Of a stretch of 64,000 bases of DNA, positions 1 through 12,629 are shown one piece after another. The position numbers were made by a program, and so were the translations under genes. The DNA comes from Octopus sinensis (taxonomy: Eukaryota), in contig NC_043015.1 of NCBI RefSeq assembly GCF_006345805.1, positions 16,182,001 to 16,246,000 on the forward strand, given 5' to 3'. Within the stretch, counting starts at the first letter, position 1. Each line of letters opens with the position of its first letter. The notes beneath the pieces were generated by a model that was not told where the DNA came from, searched no databases, and saw only the letters and a list, made by a program, of their open reading frames with translations.

Positions 1-249
1 AGCAGTATACACAAGTGATGATCACTTAAGGTGGATGGAATTTGTGGAAGAGGGAAACCCAAGAACACATGGGATAAAATAAACAAAAATAAACTCATTC
101 ATGTACCACAGTTGGTATCTGTTCAACAATCCCAATCTTCTGCTACCATTGCTACATAAACTTTTTAGACACTTTTAGTCATGAATGGCCATGGGATAAT
201 ACCTAGAAAGTTCACCTCCAAAGCACAAGTTCAAGAAAGGCTGTTTGTG

Positions 250-497
250 GAAGACCAATAGTCACTCATGCATACTAGTTTCCCCTCTCCATGCCACCAA
301 CGTTGTCCAAGGAAAGGCAAACGCCAATAAGTTTGACACCACTGACATCGGAACTCATTTCTATAGCTAAGTGAACTACAGCAATGTAAAATAAAGTGCC
401 TTGCTCAAGAACGCAACACACAGCCTGGTTCAAGAATTGAACTTACAACTTCACAATTGTAAGCCCAATGCTCTAACCACTGAGCGATGTGTCTTCA
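250..497 (-). mobile_element. tRNA-derived SINE, degenerate (head similar to the 50209 element)
   Basis: Reverse complement reads A-box GCTCAGTGGTTAGAGC, then B-box-like AGTTCAATTC, then ttgagcaaggcactttattt as in 50209-50535. Confidence 0.7.
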
Positions 498-672
498 CTA
501 CAGTGACTTACACAGTGCCAATAATAAATTCCGAAGTGAAATGTTTTGATTGTGTCGAGTTATATCGAAAGAATGCCAACTTTACTTCCTGGCGATTTAC
601 TAGGGAAGTAAAATAACTCAAAAATAAGTTGTTTTTTTAATTACAATTTGTTTTTTAATATAAGGTAATTGT

Positions 673-950
673 TCAGTTGTGTCTGAGGAGAGTCGTTTTC
701 TTTTTGTGCCTCATAATGTAACACACTCGCCGGTAAAATTTCCAATAGTCTTGACTATTGAAAAGGTTGCAAGACGCAACGAAAATTTTAGGAAAATAAA
801 AATAAGAAATAAGTGGAAATTTTATCGACGAGTGTGTTACATTATAAGGCACAAAAAGAAAATGACTCTCCCCAGACACAATAGAATATGCTTCAACACA
901 CGAACTCATATAAAGAATCTTGCAAACCAAATCCAAAAACGAATTATTCA
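673..950. repeat. Asymmetric foldback repeat family F, copy 1
   Basis: The arm tgtgtctg(g)ggagagtcattttctttttgtgcc and its reverse complement, plus a ~65-bp one-sided extension ending ccaaatccaaaaacgaa. Confidence 0.8.
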
Positions 951-1089
951 GTTTACGTGCGTAAAAAAAGGGGACATAACTAAATGCACCAAAATATGTT
1001 CGTTTGGCTCCGACAAAATATAATGGAAATTGGCTGCTTTGATGTTAGTGGACAACTAGTAGTAGTGAACGTAACTTTGATAGGTTTCG

Positions 1090-2040
1090 GCCATTATTGG
1101 CCCAGACCATGTCTAACTTACTAGCACCACCTGAAAGTAAATTTTTTCATCGAAAATATAACCACGGTGAGTGGCGCACTGGCCATTGGGTATTCGGCGG
1201 AATATTTGTCTGTTAAATTTATATATATATATTTTAAATATTTTTATGTGACGAGTTAATCACACGAAATATTATATATGGTAATTGTTCAGTTGGTGGA
1301 AGTAAAGAATACGTACACCCGGTGTTTTGGGTTAGGATTTTTGTTACGCCGAAAAAGGGTGGTGTGCGTATTTACCTCCGCCAAGTTATTTTACTACGTT
1401 TGACGAAATCGTCTAACTTTACGTTCTCTTCATGAAACATAAATGAAATCAAAATAAATCTTTGCAGAAATATACGCGACGAAATTAAAAGCATGACTTT
1501 ATTTAAATTTAACCATTTTATTTTCTCATTCATTTTGCGTTTGAGCGTAGACTTTCATTCCCTGGTTCCAGAGTTTCTGAACCTATTTCTTTACTACCCA
1601 CAAGGGGCTAAACACAGAAAGAACAAACAAGGACAGACAAACGGATTAAGTCGATTATATCGACCTCAGTGCGTAACTGGTACTTATTTAATCGACCCCG
1701 AAAGGATGAAAGGCAAAGTCGACCTCGGCGGAATTCGAACTCAGAACGTAGCGGCAGACGAAATACAAAGAGTTTCTGAACCAACTTCTCACATGTGTAT
1801 CCACCGAAGTTCAGTTATTTGGATCGTTTAAAAAATTTACTTTTCACAATTTTTGGTCACCAGTTGTTGATGTTACATACACTTCTATTTTCAAAATTCT
1901 AAAATGCGTTTCGTTTGTTAGTTTCCTATTTTAACTCATAAAAACTACATACAACTTACGCTAGAATTACATTAAATGGCGTTACGTCACGTAACGGAAA
2001 TTGCAAATAATTTCCGTGACTTTAATGGCCAATGAATCGT
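1090..2040. promoter_or_regulatory. CpG-retaining promoter-like region of an unidentified neighbouring gene
   Basis: YY1-like AAATGGCG at 1974-1981, palindrome GTTACGT-C-ACGTAAC at 1981-1995 containing a CRE/ATF site, inverted CGGAAATT pair at 1994-2017, and CCAAT boxes. Minus-strand donor GAG|GTAAAT at 1375. Confidence 0.4.
1585..1766 (-). mobile_element. SINE fragment with conserved gaggtcgactttgcctttcatcctttcggggtcgat core
   Basis: B-box-like GAGTTCGAATTCC followed by the core shared with 55612-55730. Confidence 0.7.
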
Positions 2041-2585
2041 CTACTTACCATATTATTTAGGTGATACTTGTTGATGTGTTTCTATTGTTTACAGATATTC
2101 TGACAGTAATTTCCAATGGTATGGGATGCCTTTACCTATAAAAATACATTTTAAGAAGTACAAGGCCTCATATGAGGGAATAACTACGATGTACAGCATT
2201 AAATTAGTTTTCAAGAATTCCAAGTTGTCTCCCTTATTTCAAGAGTGTAATTAGATTGAGTCATTAATTACAAATTCCAACAACTCAAGATTGTTATTAT
2301 TTTTTAGCTTTATTAAACAAGCAAGGTAGGGTAGGGAATTAACAAAACTGTTTGAGCATTCATATTCCGAGTTCAAATTAGGTCCTATACCCCTTTTTTT
2401 AAAATATATTTATTGAGTTACTTCCCTTCATACTTGTTAATTACAGAGGACAATTTTTTTTTAATTTTCAGCTGCATGAGATGTTTTAACTGCTTCTAAC
2501 AGTCCTTTTTGTGCTAATTTCAAAACTGTAATCGGTTTTGCTCTCGATGCTCTAGTTTTCTTGCAATTCGAAGATTACCTTTTTA

Positions 2586-2760
2586 TATTCTGTTGTGTCT
2601 GGGGAGAATCATTTTCTTTTTGTGTCTTATAATTTAACACACAGGTAAAATTTTCACTTATTTCTTATTTTCCTAAAATTTTCATTGCGTCTTGCAACCT
2701 TTTCAGTAGTCTTCACTCTATCTGTTATTTATACTGCGTTCCTTTTGTTTGTGCGCATGT
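2586..2760 (+). repeat. Foldback family F, single arm
   Basis: Matches the left arm of 4597-4780. Confidence 0.7.
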
Positions 2761-2809
2761 GTGGGGGTAAGTGTGTGTGCCTATGCATGCATGCATGTAT
2801 GTATGCTGG

Positions 2810-3900
2810 TCACTCAGTGCATTTACAAGAAGAATACAATGACATAAAAATGGTTATTGGCCAACTAAAATGCCATGAGCACAACTGGACCATTTGTGTA
2901 GATTTGAAAATGGTCAGTTTCCTCCTCAGCCAACAGAAAGGTTTCACAAAGTATCCTTGCTATGTTTGCATGTGGGACAGCTGAGCTCAAGAGTAACACT
3001 GGATTTAGAAGTGGCCCATTTGTGAGACACTGGAGGTAGGCATGCCTAATATTGGGAATGATTTGTCAGCTGAGGAAAGATTATTTTCCAACCACTCTAT
3101 ATAAAGTTGAGCTCAATGAAGCAATTCACTCAGGCATTGAATACTGATGGTGAATGTTTTCAACATATTGTCTATGCATTTCCTGGTTTATGATTTGAGA
3201 AGATCAAAGCAGGTGTGTTTGATGGACCTCAGATTCATGCACTTCTACATGGTAAGGAATTTGTAGGAAACATGAATGACAAGGAAAAAGCAGCATGGCT
3301 GTCATTCGTAGCAGTCGTGAATTTTCGTTGGAACAGAAAAGCAGATGACTATGAAATTCTTGTAAATAATATGCATAGTCACTGCAATCGATTCCCCGAA
3401 AACATTGGAGATGTAAGTGATGAACAAGGTGAATGCTTCCACCAAGACCACAGGACCATGGAAGAATGTTATCAAGAGTGATGGAAAAAAAACGTGATAG
3501 CAGACTACTGCTACAGCATTAAACAACATTTCCCTGAGAAAGTCTACAAATGAAGAGCTCCAAGCATAAATTCTTGCCTGAATAAGATCTATTTGTGTTT
3601 TATCTTCTATCCCAATCACTTTCTCAACTATGTACACCTATCATTTGTACATAATATATATTTTCAACTGAAAAGCAGATGGCAAAAAAACTGGCATATA
3701 ACATTTATTTTACTCAGGATCAGAATAAGAAACATTATTTTTATAACTTAATTCTTATTGTGGTGTAGAAACTCATACATATGAATAAAGTTAAAATCTC
3801 AATGCATAGATATTTGTTCTTTTCCACTTAGTTTGAAGATAGTATAACTAGAAAATTATCAGATGGATTATATCATATCTCAGGAAATTTTCAAAACTTG
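2810..3900 (+). mobile_element. Degenerate DNA transposase remnant, probably CMC/Chapaev3-type
   Basis: Fragments WTICVDLKMV..KGFTKYPCYVCMWDS, FDGPQI and HSH..RFPENIGDVSDEQGECFHQD..ME, broken by stops and frameshifts. The superfamily assignment is from memory of the motif set. Confidence 0.6.
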
Positions 3901-3938
3901 GAAAATATATTAAAAAAACCCTTAAATGCAAGTAATCT

Positions 3939-4324
3939 AGGCACAGGAGTGGGTGTGTGGTAAGTAGCTTGCTTACCAACCACATGGTTCCAGGTTCAGT
4001 TCCACTGTGTGATACCTTGGGCAAGTGTCTTCTACTATAGCCTTGGGCCGACCAAAGCCTTGTGAGTGGATTTGGTAGATGGAAACTGAAAGAAGCCTGT
4101 TGTATATATATATGTGTGTGTGTTTGTCCCCACCCCCAACATCGCTTGACAACCGATGTTGGTGTGTGTACATCCCTGTAACTTAGCAGTTTGGCAAAAA
4201 GATACCATTAGAATAAGTACTAGGCTAACAAAGAATAAGTCCTGGGGTCGATTTACTCAACTAAAGGCGGTGCTCCAGCATGGCCACAGTCAAATAACTG
4301 AAACAAGTAAAAAAAAAAGTAAAG
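3939..4324 (+). mobile_element. tRNA-derived SINE family A (octopus OR-like), full length
   Basis: Head gcacaggagtgggtgtgtggtaagtagc, CORE-like ccttgggcaagtgtcttc, internal (TA)/(TG) tract, tail ctgaaacaagtaaaa. Highly similar to 62328-62729. Confidence 0.85.
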
Positions 4325-4596
4325 CTTACAGAGGAAAACTAACTTCATATTTGAATTCAGCATACTCAAATTAAATAATACCAGTTGTTGGTATCAATGC
4401 AACAAAAATTTTACTTTCAAGTTTTGTTTTTATTTAAATAATCGTATTTTTATAAAATACTAGGGTAGCCATACCATCAATAATGATGATGTATATATAA
4501 ATAATCGATTTTCTATTTGGAGGTATTACTGAAAAATTTAGATGATCAAAGTTACCAATGAGAGTATGAGGATGTAAATAAAAATATCAAAATAAC

Positions 4597-5258
4597 AGTT
4601 GTGTCTGGGAAGAGTCATTCTCTTTTAGTACCTTATAATTTAACACACGCACCGGTAAAATTTCCACTCATTTACTTATTTATTCTTCTAAAATTTTTGT
4701 TGAGTCTAGCAACCTTTTCAATAGTTGTTGACTCTGTCCGTTATTTACACTGCATTCATTTTGTTTGTGTGCATGTGTGTGGGTCAGTGTGTCTGCACAT
4801 ACACATGTATGTATGCATGTATGTATGCATGTTTGTATGTATGTGTGTGTATGCATGCATGTATGTGTGTGTGCATGCACACAAGGAGACAGGTACACAC
4901 ATAAAAACACACAAACACATGAATACATACATACATACATACAAACGTACACACATGTAAATATGAACACACACACATACATGCATAGACACACTTACAT
5001 ACATACATATATATGTATGCGCACAAACAAACAAAATGAACGCAGTGTAAATAACGGACAGAGTCAACAACTATTGAAAAGGTTGCAAAATGCAACGAAA
5101 ATTTTAGAAGAATAAATAAGTAAATGAGTGGAAATTTTACCGGTGAGTGTGTTAAATTATAAGGTACTAAAAGAGAATGACTCTTCCCAGACCAACAGAA
5201 TCTGCTTCAACTCACAAATTCACATAAAGAATCTTGCAAACAAAATCCAAAAACGAAA
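4597..5258. repeat. Foldback family F, complete copy: ~175-bp inverted arms around a self-complementary TG/CA microsatellite core
   Basis: 4600-4780 is the reverse complement of 5018-5193, with the one-sided extension at 5194-5258. Confidence 0.85.
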
Positions 5259-5799
5259 TCAAAATAACAGGAAAATAAGAAAATTATATTTATCACTCAA
5301 CAAATATTATACAGGTTTTATTCTTTTCAGTAAAAAGTCATAGTCAGTGATTCCCTTGTTATTCTATATTTTATGTTATTTTCCACAATAAATGCTCGAT
5401 CTAATTTCACAAATCTTCTACATATATATGCATTCAAAACTGCCAAAATAATTGCTTATTTATTTTGGTACATCATCTTACAAACAGATTACATACATTC
5501 TAACAATAGTCACATGATTAATGAGCCACATGTAATGTCTCTTCTTATTTTATCCAGTTATTCATGTTGTTATAACATGACATAAAATACTATCAGAATA
5601 AGTTAACCACAAAAGAAAGCATGCACACAAACCCGAGTATTTATTCTCTCCTTTAATTTTATTTGTTTTGCAAGTTGTTTGAAAGTGAAATATCCTGCAC
5701 ACATTTTGGGGGATACATTCAACTAAACATGATGAGCTTGAAACCATCAAAAAATCTGAAGGAAATTTAGATGAAAACTACAAGGTCTGGGAACAATAC

Positions 5800-8760
5800 T
5801 ACAACTTTATTCACTTGCTGCAGGGGTCACAGGAAACTATCTCCTCATTGCCAAACTCCATGCACAACTTTTTTGAATTTGAAAAGCTAGACTAAAGACA
5901 AAATTATCACTGTTAAACTGAAGTTCCAAGAGTACTAAAAAATAACTTCATCACATACGTCTGCTATTTAATAGAAATCAAGTATAGTTTGAGAAATTTG
6001 ATCCACTTCTAACTAACTTTAAACTGAAAGCTAAAGACAGTCGTTTTGGAAACTTACTGGAAGATTTTATCACAGGAATGATCGTATGTGGAATACAAAA
6101 TAAAAATACTTAAGATTGACTGTTTTCATATGCAGAATTAACCATTTAAAAATAGCTATAGATAAATGTGACAGTTATTGAATTACCATACATGCAAACA
6201 GTATCACTGAAGATTCTTTTATATTATTGTAACACAAAATATATCAACAGATGAGGAAAATAGAAATCAAGAAAATCTAAAAGCATGCTGTTCAAAGATT
6301 AAAATAAAAGTTAAGAAATGACTATCAATTCATATGGTAGGAGTCATCAATCTAAACAATGTCCTGCCTATGGGAAAACATCTGCAAAATCATTTTGCCA
6401 ATCTGTGAGGCTTTAAATAATCCCAATGGGTGTCAGAAATAAACACACAGGAAAGTGACTCATCATATCAATAGTTATTTCTAGACAGTATCACACTGGA
6501 AATGAATGCAGTAACATCTGGCTGGATATGAGCTATCATAGAAGATAGACAAAGCATTGACTTCAAGCTTGATACTGCAACACAAGCAAATATTCCACAC
6601 TTTGCTCATTTTACACTACAGTTAGCTAAAGTTCAGCTGAAGAACTTCAGTCAGCATGCCATCCAGCCAGAAGGTCAGATTGAACTTAAAGTTGAGTCAA
6701 TAATGTTATGAAATTTATGTTTCAAGTTGTCAATATGAAAGTATCACCTTTACTAGGAAAAGTTGTCTGTATCAAATTAGGTTTATTAAAGACTTGAAGT
6801 TGACTCTGTAATTACTTGGTCAATACTCAATTGATTTAAAAGCCAAATGTCACACCAATCATACACCCTCTATGTAAAATTCCATATGCTATTTAAGATA
6901 AAGTAAAAGCAACTTGGTTGCATGGAGCAGCTTGGCATTATTGTCCAACAGTTGTCCCATGTTGTTGGGCAATAACAGCAAGGGACAACTCAATAGCAAC
7001 AGCACAAAAATGGATTTGCATTGATCCAACCAATCTCAACAGTTATTATACATGAACATCATCTAACTGTCATAGTTGAGAAAGTTGCCACACAAATAGG
7101 CAAAGCTACTGAGTTCACCAAACTAGATACACAACATAATTACTAGTACGAAGAGCTGACAAAGATAGCTCAAAATTGTGTTCAGTTGCTTCTTTCTTGT
7201 GTTAACTATTTGGTCAATGCAGCTCAGGAGACTTTTTGCAACAAGCTTTGGTAAATATTGAACTCAGGGAAAACAGAAATTGGCAAAGAATGTTGGCCAC
7301 ATACTCACCTTTGTGTTAAATCAAATCCAGAGCATGTGCATACCGTTATTGAGATTCCACAAACAAACAAGATGTATTTAGATTTTTAGGAATAGTCATG
7401 AATGGTTGCAAAATTTTTTTCTAATTCATCTAACATTTCTGTACCTTTATGTGAGCTTACCAAAGATGACATCGAATTCACATGGAATTATACACACAGG
7501 AAAAGTTTTGATAACTAAAAACTGATAGCAGATACTTAAGTATGATGATGTCAAAAAACAAATTACAGTAATCTCTTGACTATCATGGGTATTACATTCC
7601 AAAACCCTTCACGACAGGTGAAAATCTGCGAAGTAGAAACAGTACTCTACTGGATATTTTTATTATTATTTTTATAATTCATATATATTTATTTTATTAT
7701 AAATGCAAAACAACACCACACACTCATCTCCCAAGTTTCGTTTTCCATACAGTATGTGTGATTCTTTGTTTACTCATCTACGGTATACTAACATATTTTC
7801 TTTTAATATATGTTAATTAATGTATTATACAGTGCAGTACTGTACTGTATTTTTATTTATTAATTTTTAGGCATGAAAATGCTTATTTTACCACAGAAAT
7901 AATTAAAATCTAAAAAAATATAAATACCTATCAGCCACAGAAACCTGCAATATACTGAGGAGTCCACAATACAAATTTACATATATTCGCCAAAAAAAAT
8001 CCATGATGTACTGAGGGCACAATAGGTGAACCGCGATATGATGAGTGATTACTGTTTACTCTTAGTAGACAGCTAAAAAGATGTCAAAGAATATGAATAT
8101 ATCATAATATTGTCATCTCATTGTTTTATATATCACATGCATTAAATGAAACCCCCAAAAAGGAGTTACTTGCAAATAGAGAAGGAACTGCTTGCCATAA
8201 TCTATGTATATGACATATGGAAAGACAGCATTGGTTTAAACTAGCCTTAAAGCATTATTATCAATTTTCCAGAAGAATTTTTGTCTATTCACATCATGAG
8301 TACTGAAAATGTTACACTTACAAAGATATGATCTCAGAGTCATATATAAACATGAGAAAAATTTATTTATAGCTGATTCAAAAGCATACCTAAATGAGCT
8401 TGGTGATTCTCTTGTAGCAATGCTTGGAATTTGAAATTCTGATATCTCAGTAAAGAGAAATAGGCCACAACACATCAGGTGACTGAGCCCTGAATTCTGA
8501 CCAATTGCATTTCAGGTGTATTCATGAGACTGCATGATATGAATGAAAATTTCTGTGCTGTCCCCTGCCAAAATATGGTCATAAATGTATGGTTCCAGAG
8601 AGAGTAGAAGTTCCAGAGAAGACAGGTAACTACAAAGAATCCTTGGTTTGAGCAGAATCATTTTGTCTACCTCAAACAGAGAACACCCTTGCCTCATGCC
8701 AACACAAAGAAATAATGATCTCACTTCTTGCCAGCATACATTATGACCTGTAGCCAAATC
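5800..8760 (+). mobile_element. Highly degenerate Ty3/Gypsy remnant (gag knuckle, protease, RT, RNase H; integrase-like piece inverted)
   Basis: CPAYGK (~6360), FKLDT (~6560), ICIDPT.LN (~7015), QIEKELLAI (~8170), with many stops. Confidence 0.6.
7566..8054. mobile_element. Tigger/pogo-type MITE inserted in the Gypsy remnant
   Basis: Termini CAGTAATC and GATTACTG, preceded by TA. Confidence 0.55.
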
Positions 8761-10077
8761 TCAGTAAACAGACACAGCTTAACATGCTTGGCAATTAATC
8801 TCTATAATGCCTTTATGTAAATAAATGGATTCATTGAAAAGTTAATATGGTGACTTGGTTTTACATGGGAATGACATGCAGCCTAACTAAATCTACATTG
8901 CTCACCTATCCAAGCCACATTTGGCAACAATGACATTTAATGCAAGCTAAAGTGGTGAACACAATATACCATTCACACTGTTACATCTAATAAAAGGAAA
9001 TAGCAGCCAAAACAAGCTACATCACTCAACGCCTGACATTCAACTTCTACAAACTGGTAACACTGATACAACCGCTACAAACTGCTGAAGCCAACAATGA
9101 AAGTGAGCCACTCAACCATTTCAAAGTAATAACATGCAAAATATTGAAGTTTACATTTTGTCATGGCTCATACAAAGCATGCCACTCAACTATACTTCCA
9201 CATTCATTACCAACCATTATTTGGTACCACTAACATTGACAACAACAGGTTACTTCAACAACAAATTGTTGAACTCCAACATTGACATCGACACAACAAT
9301 TTGTCTCTTACTGACTGCCACAAAATAGTGATAAAACCACTAGAAATGGCAGCTAAATTTCTTCTACAAACTGGTGAACCTAACTGCTATGACATGGAGA
9401 CCAGACCACTAGAAATGATAGTTAACATGGAAGCCAGACAATCAAACTTCAAAGTACAGATTGCAGCCAGCAACAGAAACAACGAAATGCAACCAAATGA
9501 CAATTTTATGCACAGATATGCATTTTACATGGTGTTCTATTCTTTTTTGTAGATTATACTCAATTTATGCATTCAGGCCACTCACTGTCCTCTTGCAATG
9601 GTTTTTGCTTCATGTTTATGCACACAACACACAAGCAGAGCTAACACTACACTGTTCTTACACTTTCATTTTTAAGAAAGATGTTACATGAACCTTTTGT
9701 CACTCTCTGCTTGCATTTAACATGAACTCTAAATATGGACCATTCATTTTATTTGTCTCAATTTAAAGTTGCATGCCTTTTGCTTTTGTAATTCTTTGCC
9801 TTTTTCTTACTTTATTGATAGTTAGCATTTTAAGATTTAAACTTTACTCAGGCTACATGACTACTCAGATTTTAAGCAGCCATGAGTCAGAAAAAAAAAC
9901 AAAAACTTGTATATTTGGCAAAAGAATAATTTAATATCTGTTCTATACAGTTTAATAGATCCATTTCAGCCAATTTTACCAATCTGTTTCATACATAAGA
10001 ATTTAAGAAAAAAATCAGTCTCAGTACTCATCAGAAGAGCTGATAGGAAGAGTATGGTAATTTCCTACTTGGCTAGG

Positions 10078-10470
10078 AATGGCTGTGTAGTAAGAAACTT
10101 GCTTCTCAACCACATGGTTATGGGTTCAGTCCCACTGCATGGCACCTTGGGCAAGAGTCTTCTATAATCTTGGGCCGATCTAAGTCTTGTGAGTGAATTT
10201 GGTAGCTGGAATATGAAAGAAGCCCATCATATATGTGTATGTGTGAGTGTGTGTATCTTTGTGTCTGTGCTTATTTCCCACCACTACTTGATAACCAGTG
10301 TTGGTGTGTTTAGAGCCCCATAAATTAGCAGTTTGGCAAAATGACTGATAGCATGAGTACCAGGCTTTAAAAAAATAAATTCTGGGGTCAATTCATTCAA
10401 TTAAATCAAATTCTTCAAGGTGATGTCCCAGCATGGCCACAGTCTTATGACTGAAGCAAGCAAAGGATGA
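10078..10470 (+). mobile_element. SINE family A, diverged
   Basis: Same head, core and tail order as 3939-4324. Confidence 0.8.
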
Positions 10471-11014
10471 AGATAATGAAATATTACAACCACCACCCAC
10501 AATAGGAAATCACTTGTAAATGACAAAATATGGATACTAGCAGCCATCAAAGACAAAAGTAATAAACTGAGATAGTATGTAGCTAAGATGACAACTGGAA
10601 TGCAATACAGAAGATGGTTGAATGTACATACATTCAACCATCAAAAGAGACTGGCACTCAAATCAAACAGAGAACAGCATCTATCTCTTATGAACCAGTG
10701 TGAATGACCAAATGAGCGCAACTCAGTTGAGCAGCCAACTCCAAATGAGCCACCCAGCAGCTGGCAAGACTATAAGAAGTGGTCATGTAATCAACAAACC
10801 AATATAATGTAGAGCCTAATAAGCCCTCAATCTGGCCAGAATAATGCCATAAGAATGTGAGGTTAGTCTACCTCTGTGATTATTCATGTTTAAAATAATT
10901 TTCATGTGTTCCACCTTAAGATGGGAGATGGTGTGTATTGAGTTACTTCCTTTCTGTAGTAAAATCACTTCTTATTGTTTTATTTAGCCAATTATATTAT
11001 GATAAAGCATTCAG

Positions 11015-11300
11015 AGGTGCAGGTATAGCTGTGTGGTTAAGAAACTCACTTTGCAACTGTGTATATTCAGGTTCAGTCCCACTGTGTGGTACTTTGCGTG
11101 TCTTCTACTATAGTCCCAGATTAACCAATGCCTTGGTGCGTGTGTATGTATCTTTGTGTTTGTGCTCTCCACTCCTTGACAACCAATATTGCTTTCTTTA
11201 CACTCCCATAATTTAGAGGTTTGGCAAAAGAGGTCAATAGAATTAATACCAGACATAAAAAAAAAAAAAGTAAGCATCAGAGTTGATTTCTTCCTCTAAA
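11015..11300 (+). mobile_element. SINE family A, diverged and 3' truncated
   Basis: Head gcaggtatagctgtgtggttaag, caggttcagtcccactgtgtgg, tcttctactatag. Confidence 0.7.
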
Positions 11301-11559
11301 CCGGTGTTTCTCAACCATTTGTCACCTATGAAATATCTGTCAAGCAGTGAGAATCAATATAATCAACTAACCCCTCCCCTTAAAACTGCTGACCTTGCAC
11401 CTAAATTAGAAACCATTATAAAACAAGCAACTACTTCAGTGCTTACACACTTCCATTCTCCAAAGGAGTACACTGTTATATCTCTTACAGTTGTATATCT
11501 TCACTTTCAGTTAATGTTGGCTTTCAGCTCAATATAGAGTATACATAAATGATAAATAC

Positions 11560-11845
11560 ATACATCAGTGACACATGAAAGACACCTATCCAGGTGACAT
11601 GTAAAAGACACTAGTGACGGGGACATGTAGAAGCCATTTGTATTGGTGACATGTAAAAGACACACATGATGGTGACATGTAACAGACACCCAGTACACTC
11701 TGTGGAGTGGTTGACCTTAGGAAGGGCATTCAACCATAGAAACAGACTGGAGCCTGAGGCAGCTTCCTGGTTTGTCAGCTCCAGTCAAACTGTCTTACCC
11801 ATGCCAGCATGGAATATAGGTGCTAAATGATAATGATGATGATAT
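11560..11845 (+). mobile_element. RTE-LINE-type 3' end with internal gtgacatgtaaaagacac repeats and (GAT)n tail
   Basis: Shares ggaagggcattc..gtagaaac..catgccagcatggaa..taaatgatgatgat with 34740-34937, 61040-61310 and the RTE ORF remnant at 46440-47270. Confidence 0.65.
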
Positions 11846-11868
11846 ATATATATATATATATATATATA

Positions 11869-12203
11869 TTTCGTTTTGGGATTTGGTTTACAAGATTCTT
11901 TATGTGAGTTCATGTGTTGAAGCATATTCTGTTGTGTCTGGGAAGAGTCATTTTCTTTTTGTGCCTTATAATTTAAGACACTCACCGGTGAAATTTCTAC
12001 ATATTCCTTATTTTTATTTTCCTAAAATTTTCGTTGTGTCTTGCAACCTTTTCAATAATGGACAGAGACAAGACTATTGAAAAGGTTGCAAGACGCAATG
12101 AAAATTTTAGGAAAATAAAAATAAGGAATATGTAGGAATTTTACCAGTGAGTGTGTTAAATTATAAGGCACAAAAAGAAAATGACTCTCCCCAGACACAA
12201 CAG

Positions 12204-12234
<31 letters not shown>

Positions 12235-12566
12235 CGTTTTGGGATTTGGTTTACAAGATTCTTTATGTGAGTTCATGTGTTGAAGCATATTCTGTTGTGT
12301 CTGGGAAGAGTCATTTTCTTTTTGTGCCTTATAATTTAACACACTCACCGGTGAAATTTCTACATATTCCTTATTTTTATTTTCCTAAAATTTTCGTTGT
12401 GTCTTGCAACCTTTTCAATAATGGACAGAGACAAGACTATTGAAAAGGTTGCAAGACGCAATGAAAATTTTAGGAAAATAAAAATAAGGAATATGTAGGA
12501 ATTTTACCAGTGAGTGTGTTAAATTATAAGGCACAAAAAGAAAATGACTCTCCCCAGACACAACAG
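11869..12566. repeat. Tandem duplication (period 363 bp) of a family F hairpin unit separated by (TA)n
   Basis: The units starting at 11871 and 12234 are nearly identical. Each has ~130-bp inverted arms and a 17-nt loop atggacagagacaagac. Confidence 0.9.
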
Positions 12567-12597
<31 letters not shown>

Positions 12598-12629
12598 AAT
12601 AAAATTAAAAACAGAACACAAAGGATATC

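Noticed and set aside
673-1023. Repeated similar ORFs on both strands (also 4601-5343, 11785-12443)
   Set aside because: They arise from the palindromic foldback family F, not from a gene family.
4680-5115. Cys/Val/Met- and His/Thr-rich ORFs (also 13699-14051, 34145-34489, 41296-41481, 57764-57959, 59297-59912, 63714-63974)
   Set aside because: Translations of microsatellites.
9973-10038. Fourth hammerhead candidate (minus: TCTT-CTGATGA-GTAC..GTAT-GAAAC-AGATTG-GTA-AAAT)
   Set aside because: The core is present but stems I and III pair poorly; at best a decayed relic.
11560-11700. CRISPR-like repeat-spacer pattern gtgacatgtaaaagacac
   Set aside because: Eukaryotic context, degenerate units, ~12-nt spacers, and it is part of an RTE-type 3' UTR. 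The 20-bp triplet at 29385-29447 is likewise a local tandem repeat in a Gypsy element.
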